64,000 nucleotides of DNA from Eledone cirrhosa (lineage: Eukaryota): contig OZ024745.1 in NCBI GenBank assembly GCA_964016885.1, positions 14,694,001 through 14,758,000 on the forward strand, in the 5' to 3' direction. The translations under genes and the position numbers were made by a program. The notes under the pieces are model-generated. The model saw only the letters and a program-made list of their open reading frames with translations, was not told the origin of the DNA and ran no database searches. Numbering within the stretch: the stretch's first letter is position 1; every line of letters begins with the position of its first letter. Positions 1 through 15,396 of this stretch are shown in pieces.

Positions 1-757
1 ATGTGTGACGAAAGAACTTTGACAATATATGAACAACCGTCCGGTTATGGAACCAACCAACCAACCGGAAATTTATAAATTCTTAAATTTATAAATTTAA
101 CTTATAATAAATTGGAGTGAAAGCCATTGGTGCGTGTGTTTCTTATTGGCAACATGACCCTCCCAAAGCATAACAATATCGGTTTCAACAAACATTTTCA
201 GATAAAGAATCTTGCTAAACAAATCCAGAAACGAAATATTATTATTATTGTTTTATATAAAGTAATAATTATTAATTTATTCAAGTATTCGGTCTATATG
301 ATAAGCTATATGCATCGTTAGCTTATTCTACACACTATTTATCACAACATTGTGAAATGACATAAAATTAATTCTATCTAATTTTTTCTGTATGCATGCA
401 GCTGAAGTTCTCCTTCACATTCTCTCGTTCATTCGTTGCGACTTTCAAAATTTTGAATATGATATTTTGAAGTGTTGATTTCTACGTCAGAAAATCTTAA
501 AAATAACAACTTTCCGAAGATACCTTGACAGGGTGAAAACAAGGACTCTGTGCTTAAAATTATAATTTATTCAAATATGTGCATTCAATATTGTTTCCCT
601 ACTTCCAAAGAATTTTCCCCTGAAAACGGAATAATTTTTCCAATATTGGTTATTTTAATGTATTGACATAATTAATACTGTTTTTTAATTCCTGAAACCG
701 CAGTTGGGGATTGAATTACAAGTAAAACTGACTTAGTATAGTTTGTCTAGCTTAAAT

Positions 758-811
<54 letters not shown>

Positions 812-812
<1 letters not shown>

Positions 813-935
813 CTGTTTCTACTTTTGGCACAAGGCCAGCAATTAACCAGTACATTACTGGTACTTTATTTTATCGACCCTGTAAGGATGAAAGGCAAAG
901 TTAACCTCGACGGGATTTGAACTCAGACCGTAAAG
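812..935 (-). mobile_element. tRNA-derived SINE, 5'-truncated copy
   Basis: Reverse complement of the recurring consensus GAGTTCAAATCCCG-CGAGGTTAACTTTGCCTTTCATCCTTACGGGGTCGATAAAATAAAGTACCAGT...GCTGGCCTTGTGCC. Confidence 0.85.
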
Positions 936-956
936 GGAAGTAACTATATATATAAA

Positions 957-1133
957 TAACGAAGGAAGTATGGTAAGGAACCAGGTGGACCATAACGCAC
1001 CAGAGTACTCGATACTTAGGGTAGTAGAGTGGGTAATAGGAAAAGAGTCAGGTCACCGACGGCCGAGCTCAGTCCAGAAAGAGGCGTCGAAACGGCTTGA
1101 GCTCCGCCGTCGGGGTCCTCACTCTTTTCCTAT
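957..1133. mobile_element. Short PLE-like foldback element, family E (long arm on -, short arm on +)
   Basis: Same sequence as copies at 45.1, 54.1, 56.6, 57.6 and 61.5 kb; carries GAAACGGC-loop-GCCGTC (hammerhead stem III + GUC); flanked by TA repeats. Confidence 0.7.
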
Positions 1134-1136
1134 ATA

Positions 1137-1195
<59 letters not shown>

Positions 1196-1243
1196 GCTTT
1201 GAAAGGGTGAAAGCAAAGACTTTGTATTTTAACTTATAATTTG

Positions 1244-1282
<39 letters not shown>

Positions 1283-2149
1283 GTATATATATATATATAG
1301 CTATGGAAACAACTAGACATCGAAGAGGAAGCTGTAAATGAAACCCCAAAACAAGAATATTATAATATTACCTATGATATATTGGCATCTGCTCATTATT
1401 TTAATTATTAAATTATCGCTAGTATAAGGTTGTTAATCTGGAATTATGTTCCTGATATTCCTGATAAAACGAATCAACTCTAAACAGTAAATTTATCCAG
1501 CAATATTAATTACGTAATATCCTTTATATCAGCAGCTATTTTAATTACATTATTATTTTGATTACGTATATTAACATTTAACATGTTTTACAACAATCAG
1601 TTAATTATGATGTTCCGTTGTCATATTAGATAAATAAATAAATACATATGTAAGCATGAGCATATAATTATTTCTATATATTTCTCTATGCATTCATATA
1701 CTAATATTAACATGTACAAAGCAAGCTGCTTTTCTAAAAATACTTGAATAGGTTTATCTAATTATGTGTTTGAATAGAAGTTAGATGTAAACTTTATGAA
1801 ATTGAAACAATAGACATGGAGATGTCTTTCTATAAGTATTCACATTTCGTGTTAATTATTCGCTCCCATCTTCTCAATTATAATTCGCATTTCTACAATG
1901 CTTGAATATTAGTTTATAGCATAGAAACAACAAGGTATAAAGATATGCCACGAAAGTATTTTTATTGACGCACTTCAGGTTCTACACCTTAATTACTCTC
2001 ACGCTGATTAACCATTTCGTTTCATGGATTCAAGGCCTCGTAACTCATGAGGGAATCGTAGGGTTATCGTATTGACATAGGATATTTCTAGGGCAGTTTT
2101 AAACGCAGGCTAGCCCAATCCTCCCCCGGTCTGAATACAGCAGATTTAT

Positions 2150-2300
2150 TCCAGTACTTAACTGTTACTTTTTATCGACCTGGAATGAATGAAAGGCAAA
2201 GCTGATCTCGGTGGGATGTGAACTCAGTGCAGACAACTGAAACGAATACCGCAAAAGCACTCTTTCCGACGTTTTAACGACTTGACCGATTGGCCACTTT
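2150..2300 (-). mobile_element. Diverged SINE copy
   Basis: TTTATCGACC...ATGAAAGGCAAAG...GGGATGTGAACTCAG matches the SINE core on the minus strand. Confidence 0.7.
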
Positions 2301-5300
2301 AACCATTTCGTTGAGATATTTCTAATAAATGACACTGCCTATGATTCTTGAATATACTTTCAAATAATGGTTCTGATTTAGGCATAAGGCCAGCAATTGT
2401 GGGAAAGGTGAACGAAAAGTCGAATATATCAACCCCATTTGAATATCAATAGGCCAAGTTTTTACAGTGTGTCAGAGGATTAGTGTCCAGAGTTTAGGAA
2501 GGGAGAGACAGCAGGGCGATCAGAGGAGTATAGGCTACTGTGTAATCTCTGGGTGGAAGATGTGTCCTCCTAGTTATTTCTAAGGAGCAGAGGTAGGTTG
2601 GGGCGGGCGTTGTAGTAGATCTGAGAGGGATCGAGTAAAGAAACAATTCATCTGCATGTGACTGGAGATTGAATCGTTGCCGATCAACCACATAGTTTAG
2701 ATGAAGTACTGTATGATTCTTGTTGCTGTTTATCTCTAAGTTAGCCTTAAATGAGCAGACATACGATTAAAGGCTTTATAGACACGAGCACCCTGTCTTA
2801 TTTCAAAAATAAATTATACAACATGTCCTTCAATTTCTAAGAAAGTAGTGTATGATTTGAAGTAAACTTGGCTACTGATACAACAACTTATGCGTGTTAC
2901 ATGTGGACTCCTTATATGACAGAAACCATTTTAATAGCTCTGAAAGAGATGAGGAGAAGAAATATGTGAAATAGTAATATGTTTAGGAAGGAATATTCGA
3001 AACTTATGCACATTGCCTTATAAAAATGTTCTACATGTGTGTGCGTGTGTGATGGATGACACTCATATACGCTAAGACTTAATGGTTGCATCATCTTCAT
3101 AGAAGTGCACGTTATTAGAAGTAATATGATACTACTTTGCTGTAATCCAAAGATATTATTTGCATGTACAGAATATTAAATATTTTAAAACCAAAAATAT
3201 TAACAAGAATATTATCGGCATTTTACATGAGTAATCTTGCATTGAACTCAAATTATAGTTTTATCTCCATTTGATACGTTATACTACAAAGACATTAACC
3301 ATCATTTCTTTCTGCTGTGAATCATCTAACATTAATTATCATTGACAGGAAAGTTTCACACATTTCTTGTCGTCAGAATTACAAAAATATAATATGAAAT
3401 ATTTGAATATGTATCATATTGCTATAGACAACGTTTATATAGTCATTGTTTCCATAAATTAGTGAAGATGCTAGATGACTATTATGTTTCAGATGATGTT
3501 TAGTTTTAAAAACTCTGCAGCGAGAGCTGTGACTTTCAAGTGAGGAAATGATTGGCGAATGATTTGGTGTGAAACCTATTAGCTGAGATACTGTATGTAT
3601 ATATGGGGAGGCGGAAAATCCTGTGTCGTGTTGAATTAGGTAAAAAGGTATATAGTGAGATAGGTCATATGTGTAGAGGCCGTTATGGAAGAAGCATAAG
3701 ATATAGAAAACAACCCGTGGGAATGAAAGAAGATTGGGAGTAAATCTTTGCCATTTAATTAATGGGCTTTAGATGCAGCTACGTTTCTTAAAAAATATTT
3801 TGTAATTACTCTCTAAAATTCAAAGGCAAGAACTGCAAGACGTTCAAAATATTTGACCTTCCTCTCTCCAGCTTTGTACTCTAAATACCAATAATATTTA
3901 GGGTCACCAATTCCATATATCATTCCCAAAGAAACCTTTAAGATGCAAGGAACCGAACATATGTTAGGAAATCTCAGACACTACATGAATTGAAATATGC
4001 GCTTGACGCAGCATAGCTCCACCATTATATTATCCGGTAGGAGCGTGTACACCTGAGCTTTGCCATAGTAAGGAATTAAGCGATTGTTTGTTTGAATTTC
4101 ACCACATTCTATGGATCACTGTTATATGATTTCTGTAATACTAAGATACTGAGATACGATTTCATCACATAGATTTTCACTTGCATTAGTGATGTAAGTT
4201 ATTATCCTATATACGAGCCTTCTTGAAAATATCCATTAGATGTTGCATACCCTCTTCTGTGTGTGCCACAAAATCATAATCTTCAGTACAGAGCAAGTCT
4301 CTCACCAAGGTCAAAAATACCGTTGTCTTTTCCTTAAAAAGTTAAATGTTGAATACATTTCTAGTCTTTCGATAACGGACATAAACACCATGTCTAATGT
4401 CCTCAAATGCCTGTTGAAATACCATTGTGAAGTACAAAGCATTTAGTTGTTAACAGTAGTTCATACATTTTACTGACATATTAAATTTCAATGGAGCTTT
4501 TAATGTCTATTTTTAAACATGGTCATCATTGCTTTAGGTTGCAGAGGGAGCTATGTTAGCTGGATGTTTTGTTTAGGAAGGAAATTGTTAAAACTACATA
4601 TTTCAAGTATACAGCACATACATCACCTTTGTTCATAAGCCAGTAGCTCACTATTTGCTGTTTTCACCAACAAATGCCAAAGCCTTTTCCACCACATTTC
4701 CGCGATAACATTGGCATGTCACTTGATTGGAGACCATGTAGTAAAACTGAAAAAAAAAAAAAAATGCAACCTGAATTTTAGCGAATAAAAACACTCAAAA
4801 TGTTAAATTTATAATTTATTTCGTAATATCAACTTTTTATGGCAATTCTTGCTACCTGAAGACTGATACAATTTCATCGATTTCCATTGGATTTTAAAGT
4901 GAAGTTGTTAACTTTCTTAGGCAATAGATAACAATCTCTCGGGTCTTTGTAGTATGGCTGAAGCTTTCCAAACATTAACATCGATCAATGCATTCCTGAA
5001 TTATTGCCTGCCTTTATTATTCATGGCAAGATGGAATCATATAATCCTTGCTCTTTAATTATAAGTAACCTGCTCTAATATTTCCAGAATTATAAACGAA
5101 GCTTAACATAAAGTTGATTTCCTAATCTCCACTGTAATAATTATTATATTCTGACAATTCACTCTCACATCTGTTTCGTAATGGGGATAAAAATTTAAAC
5201 ATTCATGTCTTTCATAAAGGAAAATTTTCAAAATAGTTTTAAAAGGATTATTATAGTTATAATAACTAATAATATTACCATACAAAGCTGTTGTATTAAA

Positions 5301-5999
5301 TTCAATGAACTGCTCCAATCAACAAAAAGGGCACCATCATATTAAAAGGGGAGTTTAATATAATATGGAATCGACGATAAAAATGCATCTGGAATTGAAG
5401 TTTAAATGGTTCCATACAACTGGTTCTAATGACAATAACAAATTAACAAATGAATATATACATAGATACAAATATATACATATATACATACAAATGAATA
5501 TATACATACATACAATATGACATCTGCAGCTTGATAACGTTTATCTTCCTCATATGATAGCTGTAGTGGTCAGTGTTCGGTATCAGTGTGCCGCGTTAGG
5601 GAAGGCGGGTGCTTCGCTTTCGGTTTGTCAAATTTAGAGGGAGTTATGAGACCAGGTTAGCGTTTGGTTTAGGGTGTTTGATCAGCGTTTCGTGGAAAGA
5701 TTGGTTGGAACAATAAAGGTCTTATTTACGTATATATATATATATATGTATATATGCTCGCACATTCCTCGGTTTATTGTTTTTTTTCGCTGTTTTCTCT
5801 TTTCTTCCCCTTTTCCCTTTTCTCTTCTATTTTCCTTCCCTCCCTCCTCCGTTTTCCCAATAACTTACCCAGCTATTGAACGCTCTGGGGGTAGCTATAT
5901 TGTCGCTAAAGCGTTGAAATATCCGAGACCCTCAGTAGACAACTGATGAGGACCCCTCCCCCGTTCTTGCTTTCTTCTTATTATTATTCCTATTATTAA

Positions 6000-6312
<313 letters not shown>

Positions 6313-6327
6313 TATATATATATATAT

Positions 6328-6610
6328 ATATTAACAAAATAGATATTCTTGTGATCAAGTATATTTTATTATACATATTTCAGAGGTACTGAGTTAACTT
6401 CAACAGTACGTCCTCATCAGATAAAATAAGATGATGCATGACATACCCTGACATAGTAGATGACTGAATATTAACTATCTACTATGTCAGGGTATGTCAT
6501 GCATCATATTATTTTATCTGATGAGGACGTACTGTTGAAGTTAACTCAGTACCTCTGAAATATGTATAATAAAATATACTTGATCACAAGAATATCTATT
6601 TTGTTAATAT
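6328..6610. repeat. Foldback element, family F: 134-bp inverted arms (6328-6461 / 6477-6610), 15-bp spacer
   Basis: Arms are reverse complements with about one mismatch; (TA)n on both sides; related copy at 56768-57103. Confidence 0.9.
6510..6576 (+). ncRNA. Type I hammerhead ribozyme motif (mirror copy on - at 6362-6428)
   Basis: Stem I TATTTTAT/ATAAAATA; CTGATGA 6518-6524; stem II GGA-C-GTACTG/CAGTAC-C-TCT; GAAA 6557-6560; minimal near-palindromic stem III; AUA site ending 6568. Confidence 0.75.
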
Positions 6611-6615
6611 TTTGA

Positions 6616-6720
<105 letters not shown>

Positions 6721-7394
6721 ATATTCTAGAATACGCAGAGATGTGAAAACAAAATCTTATTAGTTTCACACGCTTGGGAAGAAGTAAATGAGGTTTACGA
6801 GGTATCGGGAATAAGTCTTTCTTCAGGAAATGGTGAGTTGTGAGAGAAAGAGAGAAAAAGGTTGGAACAACAGAGTTTAGAAAATATATATAGGATGGTC
6901 TCCCACCGAGTTTTCGTTTGTGTTTACCAAACTTCACCCGCCTTCACTGAGTGAATCCAAAACCATGTGGCCGTTTGAACTCCTTATCCTCACAACTATA
7001 CCAACGCAACACCGAAACATTTATATTTAACTTACACTTAATTAAGTTGTATCCGTTCATTCATCCATCCATCTATCTATCTATTTATCTATCTCACACT
7101 CACACACGCTCTCACTCTATCTTATATCCACATTTAAATGGATATTTACATATACTATAACTACAGGGATATTTCTTGCAGCATGTTCCGAATATTGCTG
7201 TAAATCGAAGAAACAGCAAATATTGTAAAGACATACTAAAGGAAATATTTTAGCCCCATCAGCGTAAATTTGGTTAAGAATTACGATTATCAACTAATTG
7301 GTTTCGGCTTCGATTCGTCTGCAAGATACATGTGGCGAGTGTCTTTTACAATAACTTATATTGGATCATATATTAAATGTATAACATTAATAAT

Positions 7395-7610
7395 TGTTTA
7401 GGGACAAGGCCAGCAATTTGAAGGGGAGGTGAAAGTCGATTAAATCGACCCCAGTGCATTACTGGTACTTTATTTTATCGACCCCTTAAAGATGAAAGGC
7501 CAAGCTAACCTCGTCGAGATTTGAACTCAGAACATAAAGAACCTAATTATATGTCACAAAGTATGATGTCTGACGCTTTACTGATTCTACTGCCAATCTA
7601 CCGCCTTTAT
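7395..7610 (-). mobile_element. SINE copy (longer 3' subfamily)
   Basis: SINE core plus GTCGATTAAATCGAC hairpin segment. Confidence 0.8.
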
Positions 7611-7710
7611 GCCTTTAATAATAAATCATTATTCAACATTATTTCACTTGTTTTATTATCATGCAATATAAAGTTTCTGTACATTACACGCTGAAATATA
7701 AATGTGCAGT

Positions 7711-7830
7711 TAGATCACACACGTGGTGAATTTTAAAGGTCCAGGTAGATCACGTGGTGAATTTTAAAGGAGCAAGTAGATCCCGTGGTGAATTTTAAAG
7801 GAGCAGGTAACTCGCACGCTTAAATTTAAA
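7711..7830. repeat. Short tandem array, ~31-bp unit x3-4
   Basis: TAGATC(A/C)CGTGGTGAATTTTAAAGGAGCAGG repeated with decay. Confidence 0.8.
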
Positions 7831-7900
7831 ATGTGAAGTGGGTGGAATGCTAAAGTGGTTCTATTCTCATTTTCTTGATATTGGTATTTAAGGAAATAAT

Positions 7901-8022
7901 TGTTTCTACTTTAGGCACAAGGCCAGCAATTACCCAGTACATTACTGGTACTTTATTTTATCGACCCCGTAAGGATTAAAGGCAAAGTTAACCTCGGCGG
8001 GATTTGAACTCAGACTGTAAAC
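7901..8022 (-). mobile_element. 5'-truncated SINE with 18-bp target-site duplication
   Basis: GGTATTTAAGGAAATAAT at 7883-7900 and 8023-8040 flanks the SINE core. Confidence 0.9.
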
Positions 8023-10012
8023 GGTATTTAAGGAAATAATACTTCGAGATATTTTCTTTAAATTACAAATTGACATTTGAGATGAGATCGTTTACGAGAT
8101 TCTAAATTCTGGAGAACCGACTGTCATAGCTTGTCTCCTATATGCATGAAAGCAATTGTTTGGTGGGTAATGTGTTAACAATATCACATGTTATAAGTAA
8201 TTTATTATGCAGTTTAATTTTCAAATCGTTTGCTAAATCTTGCAAGTTTAAATAAGGATATTTTATTTGTCGGGATTATGGTATTTAAAGATTAAATGTC
8301 GAAATATCTAGCAATTTATCAATACTTTGCCAATATATGTAGTTTCTTTAGAACGATTCGATAAAATTATATACTCCTAAATACATTTGTGCTTATATGC
8401 AGGCAATTTTTTCATTTACTCACAGTCACACAAAAAGACAGACAGACACATCACATACAAACACACACACACACATATATATATACAAATATACATAATT
8501 GTTAACATACACTCACACTAAATATATATAGGAACATAAATCTACCTTAGTTATGTACGTCTGAATGCATACATTCGGAAAATCGTAAAAGTTAAAACAA
8601 GTATAAAAGTAAGTGTATATAAAGATTTCTTCCCGAGGGAAATTTATCTTTTAGATGGAATTAGCTTAAAAATTTAATTTTCACAGATTTTTCTTTTATA
8701 GTTATGTATTTCAGAATTTATTCATGAAATCTTTCAAAGCTGAAACTAATTTACAACTCTATTTTTTTTTTGCTTCCTAAAAATCGATTTTATGTTTGTG
8801 AAAGTTGCAAAAAATAAAGCATAAAACCCCGTTTAGATTCGAGCATTGTTATGTGTAGGTAGAAAACGGATTAACGTATTGATAGAGTCAGTTTTGATTT
8901 TGATTGTTATTGTTAGCAACAAAAAAGTATTCTTAAATAAATATTCAGTCTTATCTTTGAGAACAATGGGAATCATTATATTTGCTTTAGCTCATCATGG
9001 ATATTTTGAATAACAGATAAAAATCATGTTTTTTCGTGGGTTTATTTCGGTTAAAACCACATTGAAAAGTAAATCTGCATATTTTTATACAAAAAATCAA
9101 ATTGACTGAGTCGTTTGATATTTTTTCGTGCTGAGTTCATATCAGACACAGCCAAGCTTCTCATTGTCGTTTATCCTCTCGGGGTCTATAACAGATAATA
9201 TTGATCCAGTACTACTGTACCCTCTTTTATTACATCTCTTGGATGCTTACATGATAAAAGAGTAGAATGTCGAGTGTGTCGATGTAGCTGCTCCGTATTT
9301 CATGGGCGGTTAAAACCCTTAGAGAAACCATGCTACATATGATCATATCATGTTCTATTGTGAGTGTTGGCAGCATCTTTATTAAAAAAAGGGAAAATTA
9401 AAATATTTGAATTCCTTAATTTATTTCCGAGGTAGACGCTCATTTTTAATGTGGAAAAATGCACTCGATGACTTTGATCAGAGATCGCTTATAGCAGCTC
9501 ATTCATTTGTATATAGAAAGGATATGATAGGATTTGATCTCAGGAGCGTTTATGTTCAAACTCTTAAACATGATAGCAGACAATCTCTAAAACCCAATCG
9601 GGGAGTACCATGAAAAAACGTGCCCCAAAACGGGGAGAAATGAGGCAAAATGGGGAGATTTTACATAATAAAAGCTATACCCGTTTTCACAAAGGAGAGG
9701 ACCCTCACCCAAGTTAGAGTGGACGAGAGAGTTGACAGGTCTGTGATAGATTTTATTTACACAAAAGGCATGAAAGGTTAGAAAAAGAAACAAATATGAG
9801 GAGAAAACTCTTATCCTTGAGCGGGCACAGTCATTCATGTGAACCCTGCGGACAAAATGACAAAAGAGTTGACACGGAGGACAACCTGCTATATTCACTG
9901 CATCAGACATTCCACCTCAGGCAGTGACCCCTTTCTTGGGTGTGATGCCATTATCACGAACTCGTGGAAGAAAACGGCCATCCGTGGACATGAAAACTAA
10001 ATAGTATCATTG

Positions 10013-10057
<45 letters not shown>

Positions 10058-10060
<3 letters not shown>

Positions 10061-10212
10061 GCTTTCCAGCATAGAGTTACGCCCCCTTATGGTCTGAGTT
10101 CAAATCCCGCCGAGGTTAACTTTGCCTTTCATCCTTACCGGGTCGATAAAATAAAGAACCAGTAATGCACTGGGATAATTGCTGGCCTTGTGCCAATTGT
10201 AGAAACAATTAT
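10058..10212 (+). mobile_element. SINE copy
   Basis: B-box GAGTTCAAATCC and conserved core. Confidence 0.85.
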
Positions 10213-12689
10213 ATTTATACATATTATATATTATATTCGTTTATTAAATCAACCACCGTGAACTTTAGTTTCGATGATGAGTTTTTCAACTGTTCTACCA
10301 ACGGAACTAAATTCTCATTAAATTGTTGTATAAGTTTGAGTATTGTGCAAACACCCATAGACTTAACGTAAATCTAAGGCAGAACCAGCGTAAAACAATG
10401 TGTAGCAAAGGAAGCGCCATGGATTACAAATACAATCCATTTGATGAATTCACAAACTGTGACCATCTAGTCGATTTCCTTCACAATGCATGGGAGAAAA
10501 CACCACTTACACAAGATGTAATGGGAAAATGCTGTAGGGTGGCGATTTAGTGAATTTTATTTGTGGAACTCAGTATGAATACCGGGAAAAGGAAAGGTAA
10601 AATGTGAGTGACAGAGTCCCAGGAGGTTGAAAGGTGCAGAGAGTGTTGTAATAACTATTGAAGAGACAGTGAGAGGAAACAGCAAATCATTATGTCAGAA
10701 TCCTTGAGAATGCCCTCTAACGTGCTTCCTAATGTTCATATCTGATTCTAAAACTCTAAATCGATTTGTTTTCTTACATTAATGCCTAATTGTGTCAACG
10801 CCACGAAATCACAGCCACTAGAGATGGTGTATTGAAACATTTGTAACATTTTTGAAAGGTTTTTGTGTTCTTTTACGACTAAGGAAGTTGTATTGTATGA
10901 AGTATTTCCTTGACAGCGTCACTTTGACACTAGCTTCGTACACTTAAATGTCTGCATTGAAAGATTTCATAAATATATATGTAAAGACTAAAACAATAAT
11001 CTGTAGATATTGATATAAATATTTAGATTCTTTGGAATTTAATGATGCGTTTATGAAGCTAAGTTTTCCAGGATATTAGTTAATAAATGTAGTTTTAATA
11101 TCTGTCTTGAAATTACAATGTTTTACAGACAAACAATATTGATTTCACATGTAGACACAATACAAAATACTATTAGAAAGAGTATATTGAATGATGAGTA
11201 TTGTAGTATATTACTGGTATTTATAGAGTTGACACAGATGTTTGTAGGAATTTGTGGGATTTAATCTCACAATCAACTTAGTGAAAATATAAAACATTTT
11301 GACCAATGCTCTACTGTCACAAATTCAATATCGTCGCAATACAACTATCAAAGACTAACATTTCATGTTACTTAAATGTATCCTGGGAAATAGCGTTTGA
11401 TTTAGATTTGTCAGATGAAAACTTTAGATATAAAAATTTAAATATAAATTTTACATCAGATGAGAAAATAAAATCTATGAAGATGACAAAAGAAAAAAAG
11501 AAAAAAAAAACATGAATAAAATAGATAAATCTAATTAAACACTCAAAATCCTGATAAAATATCGGATAAAACTAAATACAAGGTTAGTAGTATTAAAAAC
11601 ACACCAGAGACAATTTTTCAAATGGAAAGTGATTTTAACTTCATACATAAATATAAATAAAATAGTAAAACGATTATCGATTTATTTTTTGATGAAACAC
11701 AAAGACAATATTTTGTAATGGATAGGTATATTTCATTTATTTGTTTTCGATATATAACTCAGTAAGATAATGATGTTGATAACGTAGGTGGTGATAATGA
11801 TGTATTTCTACTTAGATATCTGCGTCACAAAAACTGACCTTTTTCTCAAAGGCCAGAAAATAATGTTTGCTCACAACGTTATTAACCCCATACAAAGCAA
11901 AATCAGAACGATTATAAAGTGCGCTTTCCACATCTTGGTCAGTGTTGTTGCTACACAGCTAAACATCCTAAATTGCATATCTGGCCAGCATCTATCAGAC
12001 TAGATGACATTAAGTCACTCATAAAACATAGCCGAACATCTGCTCCACTCTGTCTCTTCTAATGCTATTAAAGTGCATCCTGCTCACAAGAACAGGTTGA
12101 TATCACAGAATCTTTATACGTTTCTACGCAAAAAACTTGTTAGTACTTCTTTCATCACATACTCTGAGTCCTTTTCCCATTAACCACTTTCTAAGTCATC
12201 TTTCCATAGAACACCAAATGTACTCCGTTCCCATATATTTCATGGTGGTGTTCATGGCGAATATCAACAGTATCTATCTTCCCATCGACCGAACAACTGA
12301 AAGATAAAATGAAGACTTCCCTGTACATGATACGGATATAAATACAGTGAACATTATTCTCCAATCCTCTCTAACAAAAGCATTAATGAACGATAAGGAA
12401 ACAATTGTTAATGTAACAGTAAAGTTGCTGCTTGAATACAACTGTTTGTTGAGTCGACCTCGAGGAAAGTACGGAGCAATATACTAGATAATTGATTAGT
12501 TATTTGACTGTTCCTAGATAAATACCATAGCCGATTTTAGAATATCAACTACCACTCATTGACGGCAGGAAGACAGTAGAAAATTGAAGAGGAAATCATA
12601 TTTATACATCTAAACATTAATAATGTGTTGTGATAAACTCTCTCTAGCTTTTTAGCATTTTGATTTTATTTCTTTTTTGGAAGGAGGTC

Positions 12690-12890
12690 ATTGGCTTGGC
12701 AGTATCTGTAGAGTGGCGGACAACATGCTTCGCTGCATAGAGTTACTGTTCTTTACGTTCTGGGTACAAATCCCGCCTTTAATCCTTATGGCGTCAATAT
12801 AATAAAGTACCAGCACACGGGTCAAGCTAATCGACATTCTCCTCCATACTCAAAAGATTTTGTACCGTATGCCTAAATCAGAAACGATTA
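12690..12890 (+). mobile_element. Diverged SINE copy
   Basis: TTGGCAGTATC...CATAGAGTTAC...AAATCCCGCC...AAAGTACCAG. Confidence 0.65.
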
Positions 12891-13084
12891 TTTCTATTTG
12901 AGATAAATTCAGGTATTTGTTTCCTCCTTTCGTCCCACAATACCCGAGGGATTTGTAGGGACACCGACCGTATTGACATACAGCATTTCTAGGACATTTT
13001 TTTAAAGCCTGGCGGAATAGAGCAGATGCCTTCCAGAGAAGAATAGAGAGTGACGGAATGGAAGTGGGGAAGAGATATAGAGGA

Positions 13085-13220
13085 AGAATCGACCCTAGTG
13101 CTAGACTACTAGACTGATTATTTTTTATTGAGTTCGAATGGATGACCTCGACGGGATTTGAACTCGGGGAACAGAGAGCCGAAACAAATACTGCAAAGCA
13201 TTCTATCCGACGTTCTAACG
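13085..13220 (-). mobile_element. Diverged SINE copy
   Basis: GACCTCGACGGGATTTGAACTC...TCCGACGTTCTAACG. Confidence 0.65.
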
Positions 13221-14861
13221 AAATTCAGGTATGTTTTCTAATACCTTACAATATTCTCTGGGTCATATTTCCCACTGTCACATTAGTGTAACTGAAAGAA
13301 AACACTGTGAAGGACACCGGGTAACCCGTTTACAATCATCATTGCCTTTAAAAGCAATAATAAGTGTTATTATATTCAACGGAATAGAAAACATCCGGAA
13401 ACTAGGAAGATTGCTGAGTATGAGAGGTAATATGAAGTAATATTGGTGAATAGAAAAATATTGGAGTGGACAGCAGATATGGAAAAAGGGAGGGATATTG
13501 AAGAAGTGGTGCATCCTGTTCACGTTAATGGTTGGTATCACTAATGGCTTCATATATTTGCCAAATCTATTAATCTATTATCATATAAAGATGAACATTG
13601 AAGGCAAAAACAGGAATGCTCTTGAGAGAGAGGTAGAGAGGGAAAGGTAGATAGATAGATAGAGAGAGAGAGTGAGAGAGAGAGAAAGAGAAATGGAGAG
13701 AGAGGTGGATGATAGAAAAGGAGCGAGTTAGAGTTAGAAACAGAGAGAGATAATGGAGTTAAGTGTAACGAATAAAATGTAGCTTTAATGGATTTTATAG
13801 AGAGATTTAAAATAGGCTGATGACTGCACACAAAAAATTCCATTTTATTGTCTGATCTTAGGAGGATTGTTTTCTATTTACCAGAAATGACGCAATGGAT
13901 TCAATCACGTGAACATATCTAATTCCTTTTATCCACCACAACAACACACTACTTACAATTTCAAAATGAATGTATTATTGTTATATTTCTATCTACAGAT
14001 ATTTATAAGATTTCGTAGATTAGTTGCTTGAAAGATTACTGACAAATTCTGCCAATACTAAACCTAAATCCCAATAGAATTGAGTAGGCTTTACAAAGAT
14101 CAATGTCGTTATACCCATCGTTCATTCTACTTTAAATCCGAATTAAAACAATCAATATAATGATTTCTGGTTTAGGGCAACTAGCACTAATCAGTCCATA
14201 TTTCATTTCAAAGTCATCAACGATTTCATTAATATTTACTTGGAGATTTTAATATATCGATTTTTATTTTCATATTCTAACTTAAATAATATACTTGGCA
14301 ATGGATTGCTGTTCTAATTTTGTAAACCTCTCGGGATAAAACTAAACTATATTTTCAATTTATGCTTTGTCATGGCTATTGATTTATTTCGATTAAGCAC
14401 ATAATCAACTTTTAAAGAAGAGAAAGGTATCGCTGATTGAGTAATCGATCACAATATCACCATAATGATACTTGATTAAACCGATTGTATCAGGATGAAA
14501 ATTGTTCCCTCGGTTTCAACTCAGAATATAAAGGAAGACGCTAAATACTGTGAGACGCTGTATTATTTCTACAAAACTGCAATCTCTGCTCTATCATAAT
14601 TACTGTTTTAACTCCTCCATAGAAAATAGTTTCAGGAATGAAAAATTCCTTTAATTCAATTTTATATCCCAATTCCAACTTATGTTAATATCCTCGATAT
14701 CATCAATATTTATGACACAAATCAACGGTCTCTTCCAAGACAATATAGAAGGAATTTTAAAGCGTTCTTACAATATTGACATAGTTCTTATACTTTGGAT
14801 TCTAGTTTTTAATGAAGGCGCTGATTCATTTCAATGTCTATTAAATAAGTATTATTACCAT

Positions 14862-15272
14862 GTGGATTGGCAGTATCGGTAGAGAGTCGGGTACCATGCT
14901 TTGAAGCATAGAGTTACGTCCCTTTATGGTCTGAGTTCAAATCCCGCCGAGGTTAACTTTGCCTTTCATCCTTACGGGATCGATAAAATAAAGTACCAGT
15001 AATGTACTGTGTAATTGCTGGCCTTGTGCCTAAAATAGAAACAATTATTACCATATATTACCATAAATTACCATAAATAAAGGCGGTGGATTGGCAGTAT
15101 CGGTAGAGGGTCGGACGCCATGCTTTGACGCATAGAGTTACGGCCCTTGCTACTGTGAGTCCAAATCCCACCGAGGTTAACTTTGCCTTTCATCATTACG
15201 AAGTCGATAAAATAAAGTACCAGTAATGCACTGGTATAATTGCCGGCCTTGTGCCAAAAGTAGAAATAATTA
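14862..15272 (+). mobile_element. Two adjacent near-full-length SINE copies (about 14862-15045 and 15081-15272)
   Basis: A-box-like TGGCAGTATCGG, B-box, core; first copy flanked by ATTATTACCAT duplication. Confidence 0.9.
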
Positions 15273-15396
15273 TTACGCTAAATTATTTAATTCAATCGAC
15301 TATGCTTCTGCCTAGGATGTCAGGAAGGTGAATGGTAATTTTGATCTTATAACGAGGAACATATTCCAGAAGAGTGAAGTAAAACCTTATCTAGCA

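Noticed and set aside
5560-5710. Possible PLE EN C-terminus on - (HETLIKHPKPNAN)
   Set aside because: Too short and degenerate to support
5865-5960. CTGATGAGG at ~5943 and ACGCT/AGCGT-TGAAA nearby
   Set aside because: Elements are in the wrong order, and no stem I/III could be built
6745-6832. Minus-strand CTGAAGA ... GAAAC
   Set aside because: No stem I partner; at best a decayed motif
10330-10550. Tc1-like C-terminal hint (LVDFLHNAWEK)
   Set aside because: Single weak motif, no DDE region or TIR
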